Of a stretch of DNA of 64,000 nucleotides, positions 9,096-17,059 are shown in pieces (the stretch's first letter is position 1; every line of letters begins with the position of its first letter). Both the position numbers and the translations under genes were made by a program. The stretch lies in the NCBI GenBank assembly GCA_964624415.1, contig CAZUWR010000002.1:12454-76453 (forward strand). Direction: 5' to 3'. Under the pieces are notes generated by a model. That model ran no database searches. It worked only from the letters and a program-made list of their open reading frames with translations, and was not told the origin of the DNA. Source of the stretch: an uncultured Bdellovibrionales bacterium (GTDB lineage: Bacteria; Patescibacteriota; Minisyncoccia; Moranbacterales; UBA1568).

Positions 9096-10067
9096 CTACT
9101 TTCTATATTTTTCAACATAGTTTTTATAACGATTCATGGCTTTCTTTCTAGATGAAAATGTTTTTCTATCCTGAGAAGATGGGTTGGCATTAAGAAGGTC
9201 TTTAATCTTCTTTTTCTTCGCTCTTGCTTTTATTCCTACAGCCAAACTGTCGCGACGTAAGTCAATCCCGACATAATGCATCCCGTCCCTATGAGATCGG
9301 ATACTTGTCTTTTTTTCATTTATTCTGAGTGGTTGATTAGGATCAGCCTCAGCCAATAATTTCACAATTTCATTTCTCAGCTCTTCCATTGCTTTCTTGA
9401 AAACATGACTAGCCGTGATACCAATATCATCGACATAAATAGCTATTCTTGGGTCATGTCCTTTGAGCCTCTTTAAAACAAGATTTCGCAACTTCAGGAA
9501 TAAGTTAAGATTGCACCAAACGGCTAGTCGCGGGGATGTAGCAAAGCCCCTTGCAATGGTCATGATGGGTCCACCAGAGCCCTTGGGGCCCAAAGGGACA
9601 CAACAGAGCCTGGTGAGGATTTTAGAAGCTCTGGGGCTACATCCGCACATTCGTTTGAAAAAGAACTCGACCCTGGAGCTCTCAACTTGCTCGAAAAATC
9701 GTCTTAGGTCAAGTTTTAGCATATGCCGCCTCATCTTTGATCCCAAAAGCTCCCTGGCCGCCATCACATGATCTCTTTTTTTAAGACCTCCGAAAATAAA
9801 AAATGGCACCAAATTATCATGAGGCGCCAAAACCAATGCATTTATTTTTCGATGTAGTTTCTTAAGATTCTTCCCTGAAGCATTTCGAATATACTTGCCT
9901 TTTTTCAACTCAGAACTAGCGCTATCTTTCCAGTATGAATCGAGATTTAAAAGACAGTCATTTATCAAATCAAGGGCTTCCTTCGAAGGAAAGTCTTTGT
10001 GGCTAATATGCTTCGCAAGCTCATTTTTACTTTTTATGAAAAGCTTCGGATAAATTGACTTTGACAT
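9096..10067 (-). CDS. Reverse transcriptase, retron-like (fingers-palm only, 323 aa)
   Basis: RT motifs in order: FIFGGLKKRDHVMAARELL…LKLDLRRFFEQV (motifs 2/A), ARGFATSPRLAVWCNLNL (retron-type PQGxxxSPxLxN), IAIYVDDIGI (YxDD catalytic box), INEKKTSI (motif 6), HYVGIDL (retron VTG-like). There is no RNase H, maturase or endonuclease domain. Confidence 0.85.
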   Translation of the reverse strand: MSKSIYPKLFIKSKNELAKHISHKDFPSKEALDLINDCLLNLDSYWKDSASSELKKGKYIRNASGKNLKKLHRKINALVLAPHDNLVPFFIFGGLKKRDHVMAARELLGSKMRRHMLKLDLRRFFEQVESSRVEFFFKRMCGCSPRASKILTRLCCVPLGPKGSGGPIMTIARGFATSPRLAVWCNLNLFLKLRNLVLKRLKGHDPRIAIYVDDIGITASHVFKKAMEELRNEIVKLLAEADPNQPLRINEKKTSIRSHRDGMHYVGIDLRRDSLAVGIKARAKKKKIKDLLNANPSSQDRKTFSSRKKAMNRYKNYVEKYRK

Positions 10068-10383
10068 ACTTTTTCAACCGCTTAGCTCGGTTATAAATAA
10101 GAAGATCTTGCATCTTTTCCCCCCATTCCACCAGAAGTTTTTCCACACCACTTACTCGACCCTTACTTAACTCGGTATCCATGAAAAGAAATGGGGTGAT
10201 AGATGCTGGATGAACATCCATTCGATCGGCAAGTTTCAATAAAAACCCCTTAGAGACTTCTTTCTGTCCAGTCTCAATCATCGCAATAAGGACTGCCGAC
10301 ACATTCAAAGCAGAGGCAAACTCCGCCTGAGTCAAACCAGATTCACTCCTGATTTTCTTAATAAGTTCCGAAAAAGTATACAT
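10027..10383 (-). CDS. XRE-family helix-turn-helix protein whose 3' end overlaps the RT start by 41 nt
   Basis: IRSESGLTQAEFASALNVSAVLIAMIETGQKEVSKGFLLKLADRMDV is a classic XRE/Cro-type HTH. Its stop codon (10027-10029) lies inside the RT ORF (RT start codon at 10065-10067). Confidence 0.75.
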   Translation of the reverse strand: MYTFSELIKKIRSESGLTQAEFASALNVSAVLIAMIETGQKEVSKGFLLKLADRMDVHPASITPFLFMDTELSKGRVSGVEKLLVEWGEKMQDLLIYNRAKRLKKYVKVNLSEAFHKK

Positions 10384-10589
10384 AAAACCACTACGAGACG
10401 ACTACCAATTGATCAAGTCCAGGATGATGCGAACAATCCGAAGGATTGAATACAACATCCGCAAGAACTTTTTCATATTTAGTAGCCGCCTCGCTATACG
10501 AAAGCTTCGATTCAGCAATGAAGAAGTGATTCATAGTGTTTCCATTATAGCTAGGACTGGCTTATTATTATCTTTGTTGCTATTTAGAA

Positions 10590-10880
10590 GCACAAACCAA
10601 CTTCGCCCGACGGTTAAGAGTTTCGAGTGGTAAAAACAGCTTTCGGTAACTATTAAATAACCCGTCGGGCTAATTGATAGGTGCTCTGCAAGTTGAATGT
10701 GCGAAACAAATCACTTACTTCCCAACTCTACCATCCTATCTCTCATCATTATCATGTCCAAACTAGTCCGAATACGACTCGTGATAACCGACGAAATAGG
10801 TTGCTAGGGTCGAGCTCCGCTCAATAAAGAGTGGTCAGATAATTCCTCCAGAGGAACATCTATTATTTTCGATTTTTTAA
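10590..10880. ncRNA. Candidate structured non-coding RNA (possibly the RT-associated ncRNA) in the 0.95-kb ORF-poor stretch upstream of the HTH-RT pair
   Basis: A perfect 9-bp GC-rich stem GCCCGACGG (10604-10612) pairs with CCGTCGGGC (10662-10670) around a 49-nt loop, in an otherwise AT-rich spacer. A weak hairpin plus T-tract lies at 10844-10880. The only ORF here (10409-10633) is implausible. Confidence 0.3.
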
Positions 10881-11036
10881 CCGTTTTTGATGCGTGAATC
10901 ATTTGTTAAGCAACAGTCCTATTCACAATTATATACAAAACGTATAACTCCTGTCAAGCTTCCACTCCAGCAGAGACTTATTCAAAGTAGACAATATCTT
11001 CCCAATTAAGACTGTTCTTATGTGACAGGAAAATAT

Positions 11037-11200
11037 ATATCATCGAACCAAAACCAACCTATTTTTTATTAATTAACACATTCAGCCCCTGTGTAACACT
11101 CTCCATTTCCCCCATATTTTCCACCAAAAGAGTTCGAACTTCGTTGACTACCGAGCTCACATATCAAAAAAGTGACTATCTAAGTCTCTTTTTGTTAATT
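11037..11200 (+). repeat. Island repeat copy B, upstream of the DUF4238-like gene
   Basis: ATATCATCGAACCAAAACCAACC…TTAATTAACAC…CCCCTGTG…AGTTCGAACTTCGTTGACTACCGAG…CTCTTTTTGTTAATTTGCAG. Confidence 0.6.
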
Positions 11201-11342
11201 TGCAGAATTACACTGAAATCTAAACCTGAGTGCGGTTAGTACCGTTTCGATGTTATCTAGTCTAGAGCCAAACTAAATAAAAATGATTAACACTTTTTTA
11301 TAAAATACTACACTAAAATAATTCTTCGCCATCTTTAAACCT

Positions 11343-12350
11343 ATGGCTCAAGGAAAACCAAAAGATCATTATGTGCCACAGTTTTATCTAGACGCTTTTG
11401 CTATAGAGGGTCCGGGAAAGAAACGATCTCATATATACCAATATATGGACAAGCAAGTAGTTTCTTCAAGAATAAGTGATGTTGCTAGTGAAAAAGATTA
11501 CTACACCTTTATACTAGATGAGGAAGATAAGAATACTGTCACTAGAGATGTTGATGATTTTTTTACAAATATAGAGGCTTCAGCAGCACCAGTGATTCAG
11601 CGGATTATAAAAGAAGAAAGTTTGGACATTACTAAAGAAGAAAGGGGATGGGTAGCTGTCTTTTTTTCGACATTAGCTGTACGTACACCAGGCTTTCTTA
11701 ATCTAGCGCAAGCACTACATGGTACTGCAATAAAAGAAATTGGTATAGCTGGAGCAGTGAATAAAGAAGTTCTAGCTGAGGATGTAAGGCGAGCAGGAAT
11801 GACAATTGATGAAAAACAACTTAATAACCTTCATAATTTTGTTATGAAGGGGGACTACGATATTACTTTTTCTAAAAAATCAAAGTCGTATTTTGTTGCT
11901 ACAGGGCTTAAAGACGCAAAAAATCTATCCAATATGTATTTTGAAAAGTTCTGGCATCTACTATTGGTAAATGGAAAAACTCCACTCTTAACCTCAGATA
12001 ATCCGGTTTCTCTTTATAGACCAAAATACATACCGGCCATATATAATGCTGGTTATGGTAATGGGGTCATAGTGATACCTCTTTCACCTAATGTAGCCAT
12101 ATTAATGAGAGAAAAACCTCTTCGAAAAGAAATTTCTCATATTAACGAATATATGGTAAGACGTCTCAATCAGAATACAATCCGTTTCTCTAATGAGTTT
12201 GTTTTTGGAAATCTACACATTCCCCAACTTGAGAAGCTTTTTAATAAAACACCAAAAAAGGCACACCAAAAGGTAAAAGCAACAAGAATAAAATGGACTC
12301 CATACACAGTTATGAGTACGGGCGTTATCCCGGAAGAATTTATAAAATAA
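11343..12350 (+). CDS. DUF4238-family-like protein (N-terminal HYVPQFYL signature)
   Basis: The N-terminus KDHYVPQFYLDAFA matches the HxVPxxYLxxF hallmark I associate with DUF4238 proteins (the family appears near defense/abortive-infection genes). 335 aa. Confidence 0.5.
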   Translation: MAQGKPKDHYVPQFYLDAFAIEGPGKKRSHIYQYMDKQVVSSRISDVASEKDYYTFILDEEDKNTVTRDVDDFFTNIEASAAPVIQRIIKEESLDITKEERGWVAVFFSTLAVRTPGFLNLAQALHGTAIKEIGIAGAVNKEVLAEDVRRAGMTIDEKQLNNLHNFVMKGDYDITFSKKSKSYFVATGLKDAKNLSNMYFEKFWHLLLVNGKTPLLTSDNPVSLYRPKYIPAIYNAGYGNGVIVIPLSPNVAILMREKPLRKEISHINEYMVRRLNQNTIRFSNEFVFGNLHIPQLEKLFNKTPKKAHQKVKATRIKWTPYTVMSTGVIPEEFIK

Positions 12351-12443
12351 TCCTGACTGTTTGTTGTTTCCGACTCTAATGAAAAATGTTTCTATAATAA
12401 TTACATCCTTTATACAGGTAACGTAACTAAGAAATGTAATATA

Positions 12444-12472
12444 AAAACAACCCCAAATGAGGTTGTTTTTAT
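12444..12472. terminator. Bidirectional hairpin terminator between the convergent DUF4238-like and hsp20 genes
   Basis: AAAAACAACCCCAAATGAGGTTGTTTTTAT: stem AACAACC/GGTTGTT with flanking A/T runs. Confidence 0.5.
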
Positions 12473-12527
12473 ATCGCCTGTCCTATGCAAGTTTCTGTAG
12501 GAAATCACTTCCTGTAAGAATCCTCTG

Positions 12528-12941
12528 TTACTTCACCTTGATGGCGATTTTCTTGGGCTTGGCTTCTTCCGCTTTCGGCATCACGACCTTGAGAATGCCC
12601 TTCTCGTAGTGAGCCTCGGCCTGGTCGCCCTTGACGCGCATTGGGAGAATCACCGATCGGGCGAAAGAACCGGAGCGCATCTCCTTGCGGTAGTAGTCCT
12701 CGCGCTTCACCTCCTTGTTTTCCTCGACGTGCCCGCTGATGGTGAGGACATCATTTTCAATCGTGATGTCCACTTTCTCAGGATCGATACCCGCGACCGC
12801 CACCTCGGCGACCACATGATCATTGTCCTGATATACATCGATAGCGGGGGCGAATTCGCCACCAAAGCGACCCAGTCCGAAATCCTCGATAAGTCCCTCA
12901 AGATCTCTTGTGGTGCTCCATGGAATCATTCCTCGTGTCAT
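12528..12941 (-). CDS. hsp20: Small heat-shock protein, Hsp20/alpha-crystallin family
   Basis: Alpha-crystallin domain signature (…DVYQDNDHVVAEVAVAGIDPEKVDITIENDVLTISGH…AHYEKGILKVVMPK). GC content is noticeably higher than in flanking DNA. Confidence 0.85.
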   Translation of the reverse strand: MTRGMIPWSTTRDLEGLIEDFGLGRFGGEFAPAIDVYQDNDHVVAEVAVAGIDPEKVDITIENDVLTISGHVEENKEVKREDYYRKEMRSGSFARSVILPMRVKGDQAEAHYEKGILKVVMPKAEEAKPKKIAIKVK

Positions 12942-13008
12942 ACTTTGTTCACCTCCTTTCTTAGTGATATTTTATTTTCACTCTTTCTACTTCCAGTATA
13001 GTACGGAA

Positions 13009-13035
13009 TTAGCACTTGTCAAGTGCGAGTGCTAA
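13009..13035. promoter_or_regulatory. CIRCE element (HrcA operator) in the hsp20 promoter region
   Basis: TTAGCACTT-GTCAAGTGC-GAGTGCTAA versus the consensus TTAGCACTC-N9-GAGTGCTAA. It lies about 70 bp upstream of the hsp20 start. Confidence 0.8.
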
Positions 13036-13129
13036 TCCTTAAAAATGCGGTAGAAGAAATAAAAGCGCCGCCCCAAAAGTTTCTGGGAGCGGCATTGCAT
13101 TATGTTTTATTATGTGAGCGCAATTACTC

Positions 13130-13279
13130 ACAAGGATCCTCCTGGATGACTTTTTGTAGCACTTCCTCTGCCTCAGCATCGCCGACCGCAGAATAGATTT
13201 CTACTACAAATTTTTTATCATCAGGATCAATCAAGCCCTCCTCAAAACCGTGTTTTGTGATACCATCGGTCATTTTAAC
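13130..13279 (-). CDS. Possible small ORF (about 49 aa; MTDGITKHGFEEGLIDPDDKKFVVEIYSAVGDAEAEEVLQKVIQEDPCE), not in the supplied track
   Basis: Hand translation of the minus strand. GC-rich like its neighbours. No known motif. Confidence 0.2.
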
Positions 13280-13459
13280 CCCCTATTTAAAAACGATTAT
13301 TACCCTATCACCCTCATTGAGATGACCCGGCCAGTATAGAATAAACCGCGAAAAAAATCAAGGTTTTTCATACCCATTAAAAAGCATCTTAACGCTCAAA
13401 TGAAATAAAACCGTGCTAAAAGTGCTATACTAAGAGAGGAGAACATTGTTTCAATCCCT

Positions 13460-14662
13460 ATGTCCGCATTCACATTTTTTCTGCGTTCGCATATCAAAGC
13501 GCTTCTTATCCTGCTCATTTTAGTGATCGCAGGTGTGTTTGCGGTACAGAAAAACATCCAGCGCTCATTCATCCCCGACATCCCGCTCCCGGAGCATCCT
13601 GGGCAAGGGCTCAGCGCCAGTCCTTTCGGTCCCATAGAAGACGTCCCGCAAAAAGCGCCTGTTCCCGCGCCGCCTTCGATGGAACGCATGAAGCAGCAAG
13701 GGTGCGTCGCCGACGGATTCCTCTCGGATTATGGAGAGAATGCCGATAGTATGGCAAAACTCATCAGCCGCTCCAACTGCTACTACCTGCACAGATCGCT
13801 CGAGACCTGGCTTCGTCCGCCGGATTTCGAGTTGGCGAAAAAAATCAAAGCGCGTGTCACCAAGCAAAATATGGTCTACGGGATGTTTATCGCGGAAGCC
13901 ATCGATACCAAGGCCAACTACTATTACCCACCCGAGCAGCGTGATTTTGAATTTTCAAAAATGTGCCGTGATGGAAGCAAAAACAAGTGGGGAGAACACA
14001 CCTGCCAGCCGTCTTTCGAAAAGCGTGAGTATATGCTCTATGTCCAGTACATCACCAAACAGGCTATCGATATGGGTATCCAGAGCTTTATGTTCGGTCA
14101 GGTCTTCCTTCAGGATGCCAATGATCCGGATCGATCACTCCTCAAAACCGTCATGGACAGTATGCGCGGCTATGCAGAATCCCAAAACGTTCAAATCGTC
14201 ATCGGCGCACAAACGAATGACATCGAGGACGAGAGCTATCTACGGATGTTCGACTACATCGAAGGCGGGGTCGGACTTCATACCGATGGCACCATCGAAC
14301 AAGGTGCTTGCTTTTCACGCTGGTGGAAACAAGAGGGTGACTGGTGCTGGGCGCTCCTTTGGAATGAAAAATTCGCGTCCAAGGCAAACAACGTCTTTAT
14401 TCACCTCGACTGGAGTGGCCGATCAGGCGATGATATGAGCACCTTTGCGCGTATGTCTGCAGAAGACCGCGCTCAGGCGATGCGGAACCTACACACCTAC
14501 TTCACCGATCGTCATATCGGCTTCTTCCTCCCGTTTCTCGCGCCCTTGCCGGTCAATAATGGCAGTTGCTACGGCCCAAAAAAGCGCTTTTACTCGCCGG
14601 ATAATAAATACAGCTGCCAGGACGAAAACGCCTTCAATACCATCCTTTCCGGCAAAAAGTAA
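13460..14662 (+). CDS. Membrane-anchored hypothetical protein (400 aa), GC-rich
   Basis: N-terminal TM anchor (ALLILLILVIAGVFAV) and a large Cys/Trp-containing extracytoplasmic domain. Its base composition is atypical for the window. Confidence 0.55.
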   Translation: MSAFTFFLRSHIKALLILLILVIAGVFAVQKNIQRSFIPDIPLPEHPGQGLSASPFGPIEDVPQKAPVPAPPSMERMKQQGCVADGFLSDYGENADSMAKLISRSNCYYLHRSLETWLRPPDFELAKKIKARVTKQNMVYGMFIAEAIDTKANYYYPPEQRDFEFSKMCRDGSKNKWGEHTCQPSFEKREYMLYVQYITKQAIDMGIQSFMFGQVFLQDANDPDRSLLKTVMDSMRGYAESQNVQIVIGAQTNDIEDESYLRMFDYIEGGVGLHTDGTIEQGACFSRWWKQEGDWCWALLWNEKFASKANNVFIHLDWSGRSGDDMSTFARMSAEDRAQAMRNLHTYFTDRHIGFFLPFLAPLPVNNGSCYGPKKRFYSPDNKYSCQDENAFNTILSGKK

Positions 14663-14910
14663 CCCTACCTAAAAACCACTATATTTGCTTTATATAAGCC
14701 ATTTAGCTCTCACTTGAGGGCTTTTTTCCTTGACTTTTTTTGGTAGGTATGCTATAGTAGACAGTCAACCTCACAGGGAGATTGGCTCAGTTCCTCGACA
14801 ATAAGATCGTCCGCTGCAAAGGCTCAGCGTATCCCCCTACATAAGGATGCGACACCTCTGCGAAGCGCGCGACTCTTAGAGAGCATCTGGATAAATGGTA
14901 ATGACACCTT

Positions 14911-15474
14911 ATGCGTATCATTAGTATGACTGTTGCCTCTATGGTGATTATACTGGTCATCACGACCAATGTAGCCTCCGCAGACACTGCCACTACTAAT
15001 ATCAATACCAATATCTCAAACGAAATCAGTACTTACTCAATACAAAATGACCCATTTTTGATAGCCTATGGCCTTGGTACTCTTTCACAGACATCAGCTT
15101 CCGAGAAAACCGCCGAGGAAATCAAATATGAGGAAACGCTTAACAAATGGAAATTGAAACAGGGTCACTTGTGGAATAACCTTCCAAAGGAATCCTTTAC
15201 TATCAACGCTTCCGCTTATACGGCTGCTGCCGATGAGTGTGGCAACGACAAGGGTATCACTGCTTCAGGTATCAAGGTACAGGAAAAAAGAACGCTCGCT
15301 TGTCCTCCGATGTACCCATTCGGTGCAAAGATCGACATCGAGGGTCTGGGTATCTTTACCTGTGAGGACCGTGGTGGTGCCATCAAGGGTAACCACTTCG
15401 ATATCTATACCCAAACCAAAACAGAGGCTTTTGCCTTCGGCCGCCGTAACTTGACGGCTCACGTGGTGCAGTAA
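14911..15474 (+). CDS. Secreted 3D-domain protein (MltA/YuiC-like cell-wall hydrolase fold)
   Basis: Signal peptide, then the C-terminal 3D-domain signature …TASGIKVQEKRTLACPP…IDIEGLGIFTCEDRGGAIKGNHFDIYT…. Confidence 0.75.
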   Translation: MRIISMTVASMVIILVITTNVASADTATTNINTNISNEISTYSIQNDPFLIAYGLGTLSQTSASEKTAEEIKYEETLNKWKLKQGHLWNNLPKESFTINASAYTAAADECGNDKGITASGIKVQEKRTLACPPMYPFGAKIDIEGLGIFTCEDRGGAIKGNHFDIYTQTKTEAFAFGRRNLTAHVVQ

Positions 15475-15482
15475 GCGACATT

Positions 15483-15515
15483 AGCCACTCCCTTTCGGGG
15501 GTGGTTTTTGTTTTG
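15483..15515 (+). terminator. Rho-independent terminator after the 3D-domain gene
   Basis: GCCACTCCCTTTCGGGGGTGGTTTTTGTTTT. Confidence 0.6.
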
Positions 15516-15603
15516 TGTATGCAAGCCACCGCATCCGATGAGTATGTTTACGATTGAGTATACATTGACCTAAGGCCTTTTTTTTGCTACTATTGAACCA
15601 ATA

Positions 15604-15677
15604 GGTCCGATGGCCGAGTGGTGAGGCAAGAGTCTGCAAAACTCTGTACAGCGGTTCAATTCCGCTTCGGACCTCAC
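15604..15677 (+). tRNA. tRNA-Cys (GCA)
   Basis: GGTCCGA…TCGGACC acceptor stem, anticodon loop CTGCAAA, T-arm AGCGGTTCAATTCCGCT, U73 discriminator. Confidence 0.85.
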
Positions 15678-15682
15678 ATATT

Positions 15683-15769
15683 GCTGCAGTGGTGGAATTG
15701 GTATACACGGCAGACTTAAAATCTGCTGCCTTAAACGGCTTGAGGGTTCGAGTCCCTCCCGCAGCACAG
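15683..15769 (+). tRNA. tRNA-Leu (TAA), type II with a long variable arm
   Basis: Anticodon stem-loop GCAGA-CTTAAAA-TCTGC, long variable arm, T-arm GAGGGTTCGAGTCCCTC. Confidence 0.8.
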
Positions 15770-15813
15770 ACATCGTAATACTCTGATTTATACAAAAAGT
15801 AAAACCATAAAGT

Positions 15814-17049
15814 ATGAGTGAATACCCGAAGTTCGAAATCTTGTCAGAGAAGCCATCAGAAGAGACTGTGGTTGATCAAGAATCAGCCTCCTTAGAACGT
15901 GCTCAGGAAATCGCAGGTCAAGGAAACTATGAAGCTATTCACAAAGAACTCGAGGAACAGCATTTGCTTGAGCGATACACGCAGCACATGAAGGAATTAT
16001 ACTCAGGATACTTTGGGACGAAAGATTTTTCGTTAGAAGAAAGATCCTGGGAAATGCTCGCTATCTTGTATCTCTATGATGAACCGACGCTTCAGCACAG
16101 CCTGCGCACCTTTGATATCGCTCATGAAATGGTGACACAAAAACTATACGAACCGAAAAGTGGTGAGGAAGTACATCTTGGTGAGGCTATACAACAAGAA
16201 GGTGTAAATCTCGAACAATTCCTCAATGCCGCACTCTTTCACGATATCGGTAAAGTGACCGTCCCAAGAGAAATTTTGAATAATAGTCTCACAGGCTATG
16301 ATATGGGTTGTATCCTTATGCGGATGATGCGTGAGGGAAAATGTCAGGAATTATTCGATGAAATCGGCATTGAATACACACCTGGTACGGATGATGAAAA
16401 TGCTGCGCTGAAAAATCTGCACAAAAAAGGTTTCCGCTCCATTGAAATTGTTCCTCTTTCCGAAGTTTTTCCGGAAACCGAATATCCAAACTTACTACAG
16501 GATTTTGAATCGCGTGGCTTCTCGAAACAACAATCACTTAAAAGCGTCCTTGATACGCACGAAATGCAAAGCGCGGAAATTTTAAAAAACGATACGATTG
16601 TAGCAGAACTTGCAGGACACCACCACAATTACAAGGAAGAACCTTCAAAACTTACCCTTAGCATCGCCGCAATCCGAGCGAATATACAGATGACGGAAAT
16701 AGATGACCTGGATACAGAGATGACGGAAATAGATGACCCACAGACATATGACATTGCCATGATGCACCTCATCACCATTGCTGATATAACCGATGCATTA
16801 AGGGATACGACTCGTCCTTATAAGGGTGGTAAAAAATTCAGCGAACCGGAAATCTTTGTCAATCTCATACGAACCGTTGGGCAGGCAGAGTATGGCGAAG
16901 GATTCGTTCATTTATGGATCAGCAACAAATACCCCGCTTACAAGGAATCTCTTCAAAATAAGGAGGTACAACAAACAGAGCGAGATATTGAGTGTTGCGA
17001 AATCATCGAGTCTTTTCTTGAAAAACAGCAAGATCCCTCAAAAAAATAA
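15814..17049 (+). CDS. HD-domain phosphohydrolase
   Basis: HSLRTFDIAHEMV … ALFHDIGKVTVP … HHHNY metal-binding pattern. It contains an in-frame 27-bp tandem duplication at 16683-16736. Confidence 0.6.
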   Translation: MSEYPKFEILSEKPSEETVVDQESASLERAQEIAGQGNYEAIHKELEEQHLLERYTQHMKELYSGYFGTKDFSLEERSWEMLAILYLYDEPTLQHSLRTFDIAHEMVTQKLYEPKSGEEVHLGEAIQQEGVNLEQFLNAALFHDIGKVTVPREILNNSLTGYDMGCILMRMMREGKCQELFDEIGIEYTPGTDDENAALKNLHKKGFRSIEIVPLSEVFPETEYPNLLQDFESRGFSKQQSLKSVLDTHEMQSAEILKNDTIVAELAGHHHNYKEEPSKLTLSIAAIRANIQMTEIDDLDTEMTEIDDPQTYDIAMMHLITIADITDALRDTTRPYKGGKKFSEPEIFVNLIRTVGQAEYGEGFVHLWISNKYPAYKESLQNKEVQQTERDIECCEIIESFLEKQQDPSKK

Positions 17050-17059
17050 ATGATGGCAA

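Noticed and set aside
10409-10633. 74-aa plus-strand ORF upstream of the HTH gene
   Set aside because: It is low-complexity and Arg/Ile-rich, overlaps the strong GC hairpin, and has no RBS-like context. It is more likely non-coding.
8941-11200. A diversity-generating retroelement (TR/VR pair) interpretation of the two about 110-bp repeats flanking the RT
   Set aside because: Mismatches between the copies are of all kinds (g/a, t/c, c/t), not confined to adenines in one copy. Neither copy lies at the 3' end of a target ORF, and the RT has the retron-type SP/VTG-like signatures rather than the DGR-type ones.
15481-15795. Two minus-strand ORFs (104 and 67 aa) over the tRNA-Cys/tRNA-Leu pair
   Set aside because: They are entirely antisense to two well-folded tRNAs, so they are spurious.
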